Below the pieces are notes generated by a model. The model saw nothing but the letters and a program-made list of their open reading frames with translations. It did no database searches and had not been told where the DNA came from. This document shows positions 9,634 through 18,890 of a stretch of 64,000 nucleotides of DNA, in pieces; within the stretch, counting starts at the first letter, position 1, and each line of letters opens with the position of its first letter. Made by a program: the position numbers and the translations under genes. The stretch is from the NCBI RefSeq assembly GCF_040394755.1, contig NZ_JBEBRQ010000003.1; one strand, written 5' to 3'. The stretch comes from Castellaniella defragrans. GTDB taxonomy: Bacteria > Pseudomonadota > Gammaproteobacteria > Burkholderiales > Burkholderiaceae_B.

Positions 9634-11853
9634 TCAGCACGGCCCCCCCGCCCCCCGCCCCGCCAGCAACGCCTTCAACCGCCCCAGCGTCTGCTCGGGG
9701 TCGGCCACAGGGGCCGCGCCGGGCGCGGCGTCGGCCTCCAGACCCATCTCTTTGATGAAGCGGGACGGTTCGCGCAGCAGGTCCTCCCGCCCCCGCCGCC
9801 GCTTGCGGCACCAGCTGATGTGCAGGCTGCGCTGCGCGCGGGTGATGCCCACGTACATCAGGCGCCGTTCCTCCTGGATGCGCCCGGCAAGCGCCGCCGC
9901 CGCGGCCTCGGTGCCGTCATCGTCCTCGGACGACCCGCGATGCGGCAGCAGCCCTTCCTCGACCCCGATCAGATAGACATGAGGATATTCCAGTCCCTTG
10001 GAGGCATGCAGGGTCGAGAGCTTGACGGCATCGGGCTCCTCATCATCGGCGCGCTCGAGCATGGTCACGAGCGCGACGTGCTGCACGAGTTCAAGCAAAG
10101 TCATGTCCTCCTCGTCGGCCTTGCGCTTGAGCCATTCGATCAGTTCGAGGACGTTGGCCCAGCGGGCCTGGGCCTGGCGCTCGTCGAGCATGTCGTACAG
10201 ATGGCGCTCGTAATCGATGGCCGCCAGCAGATCGTCCAGGACCTGGGCGGCGCTATCCTCGCGGCATCCGTCCACGCCGACGGCGCCGCCTGCAATCGCA
10301 TCGGCGGCTGACGGCGCGCCGCCGGGCGGCGCGGCCTCCCACGCCGGGATCTCGCCGGCCAGCCCCGGCAGCCCGGCCTGAACCTGGGCCGGCTGCGCAA
10401 GCGGCACGGCGCCCCCGCGCCGCGCGGCGCGCGCCTGGAAACCCTGGATCAGGCGCGCAAAGCCGCGCACCGCCTCGCGCTGGCGCCCGGCGGGCAGTTC
10501 GTCCTCGCCGGCGACCAAGCCCGCCTCGAACAGCGACACCCCGCGCCGCGCCGCACTCGCGCCAAGCGCCTGCAGGGTCGCCTGCCCAACGCCGCGGCGC
10601 GGCGTGGTCATGGCGCGGATGAAGGCCGGATCGTCGCTGTCGTTGGCGATCAGGCGCAGATACGCGAGGATGTCGCGCACCTCAGCCTTGTCAAAGAAAC
10701 TCTGGCCGCCGGAAATCGTGTAGGGAATGCGCAGATTGCGCAAGGCCTGCTCCATGACGCGGGCCTGGTGATTACCGCGATACAGCACCGCGAAATCCTT
10801 CCACTGGGCCTGGCGCTCGAACCGCGCGGCCGACAGCCGCATGGCAATGGATTCGGCCTCGGCCAGATCGCTGTCCATCGGCGTCACGCGGATCGGCTCG
10901 CCCTCGCCCAGCTCGGACCACAGCGTCTTTTCAAAGACCTTCGGGTTATGCCCGATCACCCGGTTGGCCGCATGCAGGATGCGCTGCACCGAGCGATAGT
11001 TCTGTTCGAGCTTGATGACCCGCAGACGCGGATAGTCTTCGGCCAGGCGCGCCAGGTTTTCCACCGTGGCGCCGCGCCAGGCATAGATCGCCTGGTCGTC
11101 GTCGCCCACCGCCGTGAACATGGCGCGCTCGCCGCACAGGTGGCGCACCAGCTGATACTGGCAGGAATTGGTGTCCTGGTACTCGTCCACCAGCAGGTAA
11201 TGCACCCGCGCCTGCCAGCGCGCGCGCAGGCGCTCGTCGGCCGCCAGCAGCAGGGCGGGCAAGCGGATCAGGTCATCGAAATCGACCGATTGATAGGCGC
11301 GCAGCGTGGCCTCGTAGCTGCGATAGATCCTGACCGCCTCGGCCTCGCCCGCATCGCGCGCGGCCTGCGCCGCCGCATCGGGCGTCAGCATCGCGTTCTT
11401 CCAGAGGGAAATGGTCTGCTGCACGACGCGCAGCCGGGCCTTGTCGGTGGTGGCGAGCAACTCCTGGACGATGGCCAGCGCATCATTGGCATCGAGGATC
11501 GAGAACCCCCGCTTCAGCCCCGCGGCGGCAGCCTCCTCGCGCAAAAAACGCAGGCCGAGCGAGTGGAACGTGCCCACGGTCAGGCCGCGCAGCAGACGCG
11601 CATCCACCAGGCCGCGCACGCGCTCGCTCATCTCGCGGGCCGCCTTGTTGGTAAAGGTCAGGGCCACCACATTGCGGGCCTGATAACCACATTCGCGCAG
11701 CAGGTAGGCCATCTTTTGCGTGATGACCCGGGTCTTGCCGCTGCCCGCGCCGGCCAGCACCAGACAAGGCCCGTCGAGATACAGCACCGCCTCGCGCTGG
11801 CGCGCATTCAGGTCCTGGGCCACCGTCGCGCCCCGGGTCGGGCTCGCGCTCAT
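9634..11853 (-). CDS. rep: ATP-dependent DNA helicase Rep (UvrD family)
   Basis: AGAGSGKT, VDEYQD, VGDDDQAIYAWRGA, LEQNYRS, TLHASKGLEY, EERRLMYVGITRA; ATG overlaps priA stop. Confidence 0.9.
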   Translation of the reverse strand: MSASPTRGATVAQDLNARQREAVLYLDGPCLVLAGAGSGKTRVITQKMAYLLRECGYQARNVVALTFTNKAAREMSERVRGLVDARLLRGLTVGTFHSLGLRFLREEAAAAGLKRGFSILDANDALAIVQELLATTDKARLRVVQQTISLWKNAMLTPDAAAQAARDAGEAEAVRIYRSYEATLRAYQSVDFDDLIRLPALLLAADERLRARWQARVHYLLVDEYQDTNSCQYQLVRHLCGERAMFTAVGDDDQAIYAWRGATVENLARLAEDYPRLRVIKLEQNYRSVQRILHAANRVIGHNPKVFEKTLWSELGEGEPIRVTPMDSDLAEAESIAMRLSAARFERQAQWKDFAVLYRGNHQARVMEQALRNLRIPYTISGGQSFFDKAEVRDILAYLRLIANDSDDPAFIRAMTTPRRGVGQATLQALGASAARRGVSLFEAGLVAGEDELPAGRQREAVRGFARLIQGFQARAARRGGAVPLAQPAQVQAGLPGLAGEIPAWEAAPPGGAPSAADAIAGGAVGVDGCREDSAAQVLDDLLAAIDYERHLYDMLDERQAQARWANVLELIEWLKRKADEEDMTLLELVQHVALVTMLERADDEEPDAVKLSTLHASKGLEYPHVYLIGVEEGLLPHRGSSEDDDGTEAAAAALAGRIQEERRLMYVGITRAQRSLHISWCRKRRRGREDLLREPSRFIKEMGLEADAAPGAAPVADPEQTLGRLKALLAGRGAGGPC

Positions 11854-14036
11854 CAGATCTCCTGGGGATCGATCTCGATCCCCCAGCGCACGGACCGGCC
11901 CTGGGCCAGGCCATGCACCTCGGCGAGCCACGGCCGCAACAGCCGGTGCAGGGCGCCGCGCCCGTCCGCCTCGATCAGCAACTGCGCCCGTTCGACATTG
12001 GCCACGCGCAGCACCCGCAAAGGCACCGCATCGTAGACCCGCACCCCGGCACCCTCGGGCATGGCCTGCGCAAGCGCGCGCGCCTCGCCGAGAAAAGCCA
12101 GGGCATCGCGCAAATGCCGCGTCTGCGCCGTCAGCAGCGCCTGATGGGAAAACGGCGGCAGGCCGAGTTCCTCGCGCTCGGCCAGGGCAGCCTCGGCGAA
12201 ACGCGCATAATCGTGGGCGCGCAAGGCTTGGTAAACGGCCTGGTCGGGATAGTCGGTCTGCACCAGGACCTCGGCGCCGCCGGCGCGGCGGCCAGCGCGG
12301 CCCGCCACCTGCATCAGCTGCGCAAACAGCCGCTCGGGCGCGCGGAAATCCTGCGCGAACAGCATGGTGTCGGCATCGAGCACCCCCACCAGGCCGAGGC
12401 GGGCATAGTCGTGGCCCTTGGACACCATCTGGGTGCCGACCAGAATATCGGCCTCGCCCGCATGCACCTTGGAAAACAGGATCTCGGCGCTGCCCTTGCG
12501 CCGGGTCGCATCCGCATCGATGCGCAGAATGCGCGCCTCGGGAAAACGCTCGCCGAGGAACTCCTCGATGCGCTGCGTGCCGCGCCCCATGGGCCGGATG
12601 TCCTGGTCGCCGCAATCCGGGCAGGCGCGCGGCGGCGCAACGCAGTCGCCGCAATGGTGGCACTGCAAGGTATGGCGTCCGCCCGCATGACGGTGCAGCA
12701 CCGTGTAGGCGGTGCAGCGCGGGCACTGGCTGACCCAGCCGCAAGAGGCGCAGCGCAAGACCGGCGCATAGCCCCGCCGGTTGAGAAACACCAGGCTCTG
12801 TTCACCCCGATCCAGGCACGCCGCCAGCCCGTCCAGAAGCTGCGGCGTGAATCCCTGCTCCAACTGGGCGCGCCGGGTGTCGATCAGGCGCACCTCGGGC
12901 AGCGGCTGGGCCAGTGCGCGCCGGGACAGGATCACATGGCGGTAATCCCCGCGCCGGGCGCGGCGCCAGGTTTCCAGGGCGGGCGTGGCCGACCCCAGCA
13001 CGACCGGCACGCCCAGATCATGCCCGCGCCACACCGCCAGATCGCGCGCCGAATACCGCAAGCCCTCCTGCTGCTTGTACGAGGTATCGTGCTCCTCATC
13101 GACGATGATCAGACCCAGACGCGGTAGCGGCGCGAACAGCGCCAGGCGCGTCCCCAGCAGGATCGCCGCCTCGCCGCGCGCGGCCCGCAACCAGGCGCGC
13201 AGGCGCTCGCCATCGGCAAGCTTGCTGTGCATGACCGCGACCTGGCCCAGGCGCCCGCGCACGATCTGTTCGAGCTGGGGCGTCAGATTGATCTCGGGCA
13301 CCAGCAGCAGCACCTGGCGGCCCGCCGCCAGCGCATCCGCCGCGAGCCGCAGGTACAACTCGGTCTTGCCGCTGCCGGTGACGCCATGCAGCAGGGCGAC
13401 GCCAGTGGCGGCGCCGGACGTCGCCAGCGCCCGCAGATCGCGCAGCGCGGCGGACTGCTCCGCGTTCAATTCAGGCGCCGGGAAATCATTGGAATCCTCG
13501 ACGGCCTGCGGCACTACGGCGCCGGATTCAGCCACCGCATCTCCGCCCCGCGCGCGTGCCAGACCCGGACGCCGGTCGGCGCGCCGCACCGGACCGCCCG
13601 CGGCACGCGGCCCGAGATAGGCCGAAGGCTTGCGCAGGCTGGCCGGCAGGATGGGCAGCAGCACCTCGCCCAGTGGCCGGTGATAATAATTCGCCGCGAA
13701 CTCCGCCAGCCGCATCCAGTCAGCCGGCATGGGCGGCAGATCGTCCAGGACCGCCTCGATCGCCTTGACCCGCCCAGCCTCGATCGCCGGCGCCTCGCGC
13801 ACGGCCCAGACCATGCCGACCATCCGGCGCCGCCCGAAACTCACCAGGACCCGGGTGCCGGGCGCCACCGGCGCCCCGTGCGTGTAATCGAACAATCCCG
13901 GCAAGGGCACATCCAACGCAACCGCCAGGTAGATACATCCATCACCGCCAGAGACCTCGATCGGGCTCTTGACAGCCGCCTCATCCGTCGCTTCGATTCC
14001 CCGGCCAAGGCCTTTTTCATCCCCCGCCATCGTCAT
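11853..14036 (-). CDS. priA: Primosomal protein N'
   Basis: GVTGSGKTE, IVDEEHD, FLNRRGYAP, Zn-binding CxxC pairs, GTQMVSKGHD, QVAGRAGR. Confidence 0.96.
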   Translation of the reverse strand: MTMAGDEKGLGRGIEATDEAAVKSPIEVSGGDGCIYLAVALDVPLPGLFDYTHGAPVAPGTRVLVSFGRRRMVGMVWAVREAPAIEAGRVKAIEAVLDDLPPMPADWMRLAEFAANYYHRPLGEVLLPILPASLRKPSAYLGPRAAGGPVRRADRRPGLARARGGDAVAESGAVVPQAVEDSNDFPAPELNAEQSAALRDLRALATSGAATGVALLHGVTGSGKTELYLRLAADALAAGRQVLLLVPEINLTPQLEQIVRGRLGQVAVMHSKLADGERLRAWLRAARGEAAILLGTRLALFAPLPRLGLIIVDEEHDTSYKQQEGLRYSARDLAVWRGHDLGVPVVLGSATPALETWRRARRGDYRHVILSRRALAQPLPEVRLIDTRRAQLEQGFTPQLLDGLAACLDRGEQSLVFLNRRGYAPVLRCASCGWVSQCPRCTAYTVLHRHAGGRHTLQCHHCGDCVAPPRACPDCGDQDIRPMGRGTQRIEEFLGERFPEARILRIDADATRRKGSAEILFSKVHAGEADILVGTQMVSKGHDYARLGLVGVLDADTMLFAQDFRAPERLFAQLMQVAGRAGRRAGGAEVLVQTDYPDQAVYQALRAHDYARFAEAALAEREELGLPPFSHQALLTAQTRHLRDALAFLGEARALAQAMPEGAGVRVYDAVPLRVLRVANVERAQLLIEADGRGALHRLLRPWLAEVHGLAQGRSVRWGIEIDPQEI

Positions 14037-14111
14037 GCCACCCCGCCTTCAGCCACAGGCAGAAGGGAAAAGGCCTTGTCGAGACTAGGGATTGAAAGAA
14101 TGCCCGGCACC

Positions 14112-14296
14112 TGTGGATAACTTTGTGGAGAATTGACCTGTCTCATACCCTGGCAAGGGTCTGACGATATACTTTTTGTCATACATTGCGATATGACACC
14201 TATAAGTCACATATAAATCAGTGCATTACGAGTTGTGCTTAAGACAAAGCCAAGGTTCCTAGGGGAAAACCCTAACTTGCGCGAACTTGTGTATAA
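14112..14296. promoter_or_regulatory. DnaA-box cluster with IHF consensus site
   Basis: TGTGGATAA 14112-14120 (perfect), TGTGGAGAA 14124-14132, TGTGCTTAA 14234-14242, TGTGTATAA 14288-14296; IHF WATCARNNNNTTR match AATCAGTGCATTA 14216-14228. Confidence 0.7.
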
Positions 14297-14318
14297 ACAT
14301 CCCGTCCCGACGCTGATT

Positions 14319-15389
14319 TCAGCCACCATGATACCCGCGGCTGGCGGCATGAACCTCATCGACAAGCGCCGCCACGGCCTCGGGCGGCGTGAACTGGGAA
14401 ATCCCGTGCCCCAGGTTGAAAACATGGCCGCCGCGACCCACCGGCCCGAAGTCGCGCAGGATGCGGCGGGCCTCCTCGCGAATCGCCTGCTCGCCGCCAA
14501 ACAGCGCCATCGGGTCCAGATTGCCCTGCAGAGCTACCCGATCACCCACCCGGCGGCGGGCCGCTGCCAGGTTCACGGTCCAGTCCAGCCCCACAGCATC
14601 GCAGCCGCAGGCCGCGATATCCTCGATCCAGAGCCCGCCGCCCTTGGTAAAGACAATGCACGGAATCGACTGACCCTCGTATTCACGCAGCAAGCCATCG
14701 AGCACCCGGCGGGTGTAGGCCAGGGAAAATTGCTGGAACAAGCCATCGGCCAGCACCCCGCCCCAACTGTCGAACACCATCACCGCCTGCGCGCCCGCGC
14801 GGATCTGGGCATTGAGATATTCCTGGACCGCGCGCGCGTTGATATCGAGCATCCGGTGGAGCAGATCGGGGCGCTGGTAGAGCATGGTCTTGATCCGGCG
14901 ATAATCATCGCTGCCCGACCCCTCGACCATATAGCAGGCCAGCGTCCAGGGGCTGCCCGAAAAACCGATCAGCGGCACCTGACCGTCGAGCTCGCGGCGG
15001 ATCAAGGACACCGCATCAAAAACATAGCGCAACTGCTCCATGTCGGGCACGCGCAAGGCATCGACCCCCGCCTCGTCGCGCACCGGATGCGCAAAACGCG
15101 GTCCCTCGCCCGCCTGGAAACTGAGCCCCAGGCCCATGGCGTCGGGCACCGTCAGAATGTCCGAAAACAGAATCGCCGCATCCAGCGCGAAACGCCGCAG
15201 AGGCTGCAGAGTCACCTCGCAGGCATATTGCGGATTCTGCGCCAGACCCATGAACGACCCGGCCTGCGCCCGGGTCTGGTTGTACTCTGGCAGATAACGG
15301 CCCGCCTGGCGCATCAGCCAGATCGGCGTGTAGGGGACCGGTTCACGCCGCAGCGCGCGCAGGAAGACATCGTTTTTGAGCAGGGACAC
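14319..15389 (-). CDS. hemE: Uroporphyrinogen decarboxylase
   Basis: [43 protein letters not shown]; GTG start at 15389 after GAGG. Confidence 0.97.
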   Translation of the reverse strand: MSLLKNDVFLRALRREPVPYTPIWLMRQAGRYLPEYNQTRAQAGSFMGLAQNPQYACEVTLQPLRRFALDAAILFSDILTVPDAMGLGLSFQAGEGPRFAHPVRDEAGVDALRVPDMEQLRYVFDAVSLIRRELDGQVPLIGFSGSPWTLACYMVEGSGSDDYRRIKTMLYQRPDLLHRMLDINARAVQEYLNAQIRAGAQAVMVFDSWGGVLADGLFQQFSLAYTRRVLDGLLREYEGQSIPCIVFTKGGGLWIEDIAACGCDAVGLDWTVNLAAARRRVGDRVALQGNLDPMALFGGEQAIREEARRILRDFGPVGRGGHVFNLGHGISQFTPPEAVAALVDEVHAASRGYHGG

Positions 15390-15421
15390 AGGCGGCAATC
15401 CTCATAGAAGTGCCGTGGATT

Positions 15422-16174
15422 TTAACCGTCCGGCGTCGCTCCTGGGGCAACCTGCGTCCGATAGGGGGCGGGGTCGATATCGTGTTTGCGCATCAGCGCC
15501 CAGAAAGCCCGCCGATGCTTTTGCGCGGCCCGCGCCGCCATCGCGATATTTCCCCGGTGACGGCCCAGGGACGCATGGATGTAAGCGCGCTCGAAGCGCT
15601 CGATGATGCGCCCCTTGGCCTCACGAAACGACTCGCGCGAGGAAGCCTGGCGCGAAGCGGCCGCCACGGCGTATGCCTCGAGCTCGATCCCCGAGCGCTG
15701 CAGGATGGTCGCGCACAACGCGCCCTCGCCCACCGCCGGACCATAGCGCGAATCACCCTCGGCCAGCATCGGCGCCAGCGGCGCGGCGCCGTTCAACAGG
15801 CGCTCGACCCGCGCCCTGACATCCTCGGCGCAGAACGGCGGCCGGACGAAATCGGCCACCCCCAGCGCATACAGATCGTGGATCGCCTGAGCGCGCAGAT
15901 CCACCGCATAAGCGATCAGGTGCGCATCGGGACGGCGCGCGCCGGCCAGCGCCGTGCGCCACACCCCCAGCCCGGCGCCATCCATGTACATCAAGCAGGC
16001 ATCGTAGCGGCCCAATGAGAGGGCAGGGTCCGCCAGCATCGCGGCGGCATCCGCATGCGTCCCCGGCGGTGCATGCAGATGCAATCGCCCGCCGACATGC
16101 GGCCCCACCAGGGAAGCCACCCAGTCCTCACGCCCCACGGCCAGCACCGCGCAATCCAGACGCTCTCGCATCAC
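15422..16174 (-). CDS. Regulator with degenerate receiver-like domain and C-terminal Fis-type HTH
   Basis: LYALGVADFVRPPF..DVRARVERLL resembles the receiver alpha4-beta5-alpha5; FREAK..FERAYI..GNIAMAARAAQKHRRAFWALMRKH is a Fis HTH; no AAA+ motifs. Confidence 0.75.
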   Translation of the reverse strand: MMRERLDCAVLAVGREDWVASLVGPHVGGRLHLHAPPGTHADAAAMLADPALSLGRYDACLMYMDGAGLGVWRTALAGARRPDAHLIAYAVDLRAQAIHDLYALGVADFVRPPFCAEDVRARVERLLNGAAPLAPMLAEGDSRYGPAVGEGALCATILQRSGIELEAYAVAAASRQASSRESFREAKGRIIERFERAYIHASLGRHRGNIAMAARAAQKHRRAFWALMRKHDIDPAPYRTQVAPGATPDG

Positions 16175-16300
16175 TGTCTCCTTTTCGTGGATGGAGAATG
16201 CAGGATAGGCGGCGGGACGTCCGGCGCCTATTCGCAGAAAACGAGGGCGACAAGACCGAGATGCCGAGCAACACCCAGGCTTATACAGACTAAATAGGGG

Positions 16301-16495
16301 CTACCGCCCGCCGCCCAGGGCCTTTTCGATTTTTTTATCGGTCTTGTACTGGCTGAGCGCATACACCGCCCAGATCGTCGCCGGCACCCAGCCGATCAGC
16401 GTGATCTGCAGCAGCAGGCAGATAATGCCCGCAAACGGACGGCCGATCGTGAAAAACGTAAGCCAAGGGAGCAGCAGCGCGATAATCAGTCGCAT
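16301..16495 (-). CDS. YqaE/Pmp3 family small membrane protein
   Basis: MRLIIALLLPWL...LIGWVPATIWAVY pattern, 64 aa. Confidence 0.88.
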   Translation of the reverse strand: MRLIIALLLPWLTFFTIGRPFAGIICLLLQITLIGWVPATIWAVYALSQYKTDKKIEKALGGGR

Positions 16496-16537
16496 AAGAA
16501 TCTCCGGGAACGGTGGGTATGCATGATATTTTACGGT

Positions 16538-16597
16538 GAGATACCGCCAAACACAGCGAAATACGATGAAATACAGTGAGACATAACGAAATATCAC
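16538..16597. repeat. Six degenerate 10-bp tandem units (GAAATAcagt-like)
   Basis: GAGATACCGC/CAAACACAGC/GAAATACGAT/GAAATACAGT/GAGACATAAC/GAAATATCAC. Confidence 0.7.
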
Positions 16598-16759
16598 GAC
16601 TGATAATATCCAGCCGCCAGGCACTACCTGACGATTTCAAAAACCGAAATTCAAGCAATCCGTCATGACCATCCATGAAAATGACGAGCCGATCGGAAAA
16701 ACACGCAATTCATCAAAAAATCCATGATGTGTTCCAGGGAAAAACCGCACAGGACAAAA

Positions 16760-16842
16760 CAAAAGGCCTGAGCCCGGTCCAATACCGAACTCAGGCCTTG
16801 GCCGCTTTATCTGTGACCGTCCAACTTCTGGGGGTCAACTCA
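16760..16842 (+). mobile_element. IS3-family right-end remnant
   Basis: Encodes KGLSPVQYRTQALAA, a typical IS3/IS150 OrfB C-terminus, followed by IRR-like ACCGTCCAACTTCTGGGGGTCAACTCA ending in CA. Confidence 0.8.
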
Positions 16843-16873
16843 CTCGCGGCAGCCTTGAAACACAGGGCTTGGC

Positions 16874-17323
16874 TTACTGGATTTCCAGAACCTTGCTGCC
16901 CTGCTCGCTCGTCTGCTTGGGCAAGGTCAGCTCGAGCACCCCATCATTGCAGCGTGCCGAGGCCTTGGCAGCATCGATCGCATGTCCCAGACTGAACCGG
17001 CGCGTCTGCACGCCATGGTAGCGTTCCCGGCGCAGCACGGTCTCGCCTTCCTTTTCGACATTCTCGCCGCTCTTTTCCACACGGATGGACACCACATTGC
17101 CGTCGATCGACACCTTGACGTCCTCCTTGCGGGCGCCGGGGACCTCAGCCTTGACCGCATAAGCCTCATCGGTCTCGGTCACATCGACATTGATGCGGGG
17201 CTCATCGCGTGATGCGAGCGCACCGCCCAGGGGAAAACGGCTGAGCAAATCATCGAAACTGCGCAGACCCTCGAAGCCAGCCAGATCACCGAATGGATTG
17301 AACCGCGTGAGATTGTTTCCCAT
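16874..17323 (-). CDS. Hsp20/alpha-crystallin small heat shock protein
   Basis: VDVTETDEAYAVKAEVPG, RRERYHG...RRFSL, A.CNDGVLELTLPK. Confidence 0.93.
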   Translation of the reverse strand: MGNNLTRFNPFGDLAGFEGLRSFDDLLSRFPLGGALASRDEPRINVDVTETDEAYAVKAEVPGARKEDVKVSIDGNVVSIRVEKSGENVEKEGETVLRRERYHGVQTRRFSLGHAIDAAKASARCNDGVLELTLPKQTSEQGSKVLEIQ

Positions 17324-17404
17324 ATCAAATCTCCTGAATTCAATGAAAACAGCAACATAGGGGCTGGAGGAAGGCTTTCGCCTACCCCGGCAACCCTACT
17401 ATGA

Positions 17405-17433
17405 ATATGGGTTTACCCCAGCGAGAAATCAAC
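17405..17433 (-). promoter_or_regulatory. Candidate sigma32 promoter of hsp20
   Basis: Minus strand GTTGAT-N15-ACCCATAT versus consensus CTTGAA-N13-17-CCCCATNT. Confidence 0.45.
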
Positions 17434-17462
17434 TACCGCACCCGGCAAGGAGCGCGCTATAT

Positions 17463-17476
17463 TTGATCCACATCAA
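17463..17476. promoter_or_regulatory. FNR/ANR/DNR-type box
   Basis: Perfect TTGAT-CCAC-ATCAA between divergent hsp20 and waaL-1. Confidence 0.65.
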
Positions 17477-17576
17477 ACTTTAAGCATCAAGCTTATCGAC
17501 CAGCCTCCGCCCTTGATGTAACAACCCATCCGCAAGCCGCATAAAATGAGCGGGTTTATCCCCCTGAGAAACCGAC

Positions 17577-18890
17577 ATGCGTCACGAGCAAGCCTCCCGC
17601 GCCGTGCTTCCCCTGACCTCCGCAGGCGTCTTCGTCTTTTTCGCCACCATGTTCGCCGTGCCCTCCGGGTACTCCATCGGCGGGACATTGCTGCTGCTGG
17701 CCAGCCTGCTCTGGCTGGCGCAATGCCCGCGGCTCGATACGCTGCGATCGCAAGACCACTGGATGATAGTGGTGCTGCTGATCTATTCCATCGTCTCGTC
17801 CGCCATGATCCTGTGGCTGGGCAACACTCCAAAGTATATCGACCAGTTTTCCCGCGCCCTGCTGGCGATCCCCGTCTTTCTGCTGCTGCTGCACGTGCGC
17901 GTAAGCCTGCCGATGATCTGGGCGGCCATCGCGCTCGGCGTGACGCTATCGGCCCCGCTGGCCTGGTGGCAGATCAACATGCAGCACATGGATCGAGCCG
18001 CGGGCTTTCTGAACATCATCCATTTCAGCAACCTGGCCCTGGTATTCGTCATCTATTGCGCGGCCGGTCTCTACTGGGCCGGCGCCCAGGGGCGCCATGC
18101 ACGCCGCTGGCAAGCCGGTTTCCTGCTGGCCATCGCCTGCGGGCTCTACAGCGTGATCGTCGGGGGGAGCCGCAGCAGCTGGGTCGCGCTGCCGCCGGTC
18201 ATCGTGGTGTTTCTGATTGCTTTCATGACACGGCGCAATATCGGCCGGCTGACCATCGCGGCGGCGGCCAGCGTCCTGGTCGTAGGGGGGCTGTTCGCAG
18301 TGCCCGACAGCCCGCTGCAAGTCCGCTACGCAGCCGCCGTGAAGGACATCACCCTGTACCAGGAAGACCAGCCCGACAGCTCCATCGGCGCGCGCTTCGA
18401 AATGTGGCGCGGGGCCCTGCACAACCTCGAACGAGAGCCCATCCTGGGCTGGAACCTGCAAGCCTACACCCAGGCATTGCAAGACCAGGTCGCCCGGGGG
18501 GAACTGGCGCCCGTCGCCCTGGCTTTCAACAACAACCTGCACAACAACTACATCCACGCCTGGGTCTTTACCGGTCTGCCGGGCCTGTTGGCGCTGCTGG
18601 CGCTGTATGGCCTGCCACTCTGGCATTTCGCCCGGCGACTGCGCGATGCAGACCTGACCGCGCGCGTGCTGGCATTCTGCGGCGCCAGCACGGTCGTGTC
18701 CTATCTATGCTTCGGCCTTACCCAGGTGATCCTGCAACGCAACAACGGGATCATGTTTTATCTGCTGGCGATCATGATCCTGTGGGGGGCGCTGCGTCAT
18801 GCCAGTACCTCCTGTTCATGCTCAACCCCCTGCACCATGCCGCAGGCAGCCGATCGCAGTTCTTCCCCAACTTGTAACCAACGATCTTGA
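17577..18890 (+). CDS. O-antigen ligase (WaaL/Wzy_C) family, copy 1
   Basis: ~12 TM; GGSRSSW, SIGARFEMW, LHNNY motifs; 3' end overlaps the convergent GT2 by 119 bp. Confidence 0.85.
   Translation: MRHEQASRAVLPLTSAGVFVFFATMFAVPSGYSIGGTLLLLASLLWLAQCPRLDTLRSQDHWMIVVLLIYSIVSSAMILWLGNTPKYIDQFSRALLAIPVFLLLLHVRVSLPMIWAAIALGVTLSAPLAWWQINMQHMDRAAGFLNIIHFSNLALVFVIYCAAGLYWAGAQGRHARRWQAGFLLAIACGLYSVIVGGSRSSWVALPPVIVVFLIAFMTRRNIGRLTIAAAASVLVVGGLFAVPDSPLQVRYAAAVKDITLYQEDQPDSSIGARFEMWRGALHNLEREPILGWNLQAYTQALQDQVARGELAPVALAFNNNLHNNYIHAWVFTGLPGLLALLALYGLPLWHFARRLRDADLTARVLAFCGASTVVSYLCFGLTQVILQRNNGIMFYLLAIMILWGALRHASTSCSCSTPCTMPQAADRSSSPTCNQRS

Noticed and set aside
9634-12744. 1036-aa ORF as an extended Rep or a priA-rep fusion
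   Set aside because: The N-terminal ~300 aa is an alternative frame of priA; the true start at 11853 overlaps the priA stop (TGATG).
14112-14296. Firm call as oriC
   Set aside because: Hand spot-counts show no GC-skew inversion across the site and dnaA/gidA/parAB are not in the window; kept as an open finding.
16301-16308. GGCGGTAG at the end of yqaE as a third ops site
   Set aside because: It is the Gly-Arg-stop codons, lacks the downstream TG and the shared leader, and precedes no long operon.
16538-16597. 10-bp and 114-bp repeats as a CRISPR array
   Set aside because: No repeat-spacer structure and no cas genes; the 114-bp units are in-frame protein repeats.
16675-16995. 106-aa ORF as a real gene
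   Set aside because: Chimera of intergenic DNA, an IS3 C-terminal remnant and antisense hsp20.
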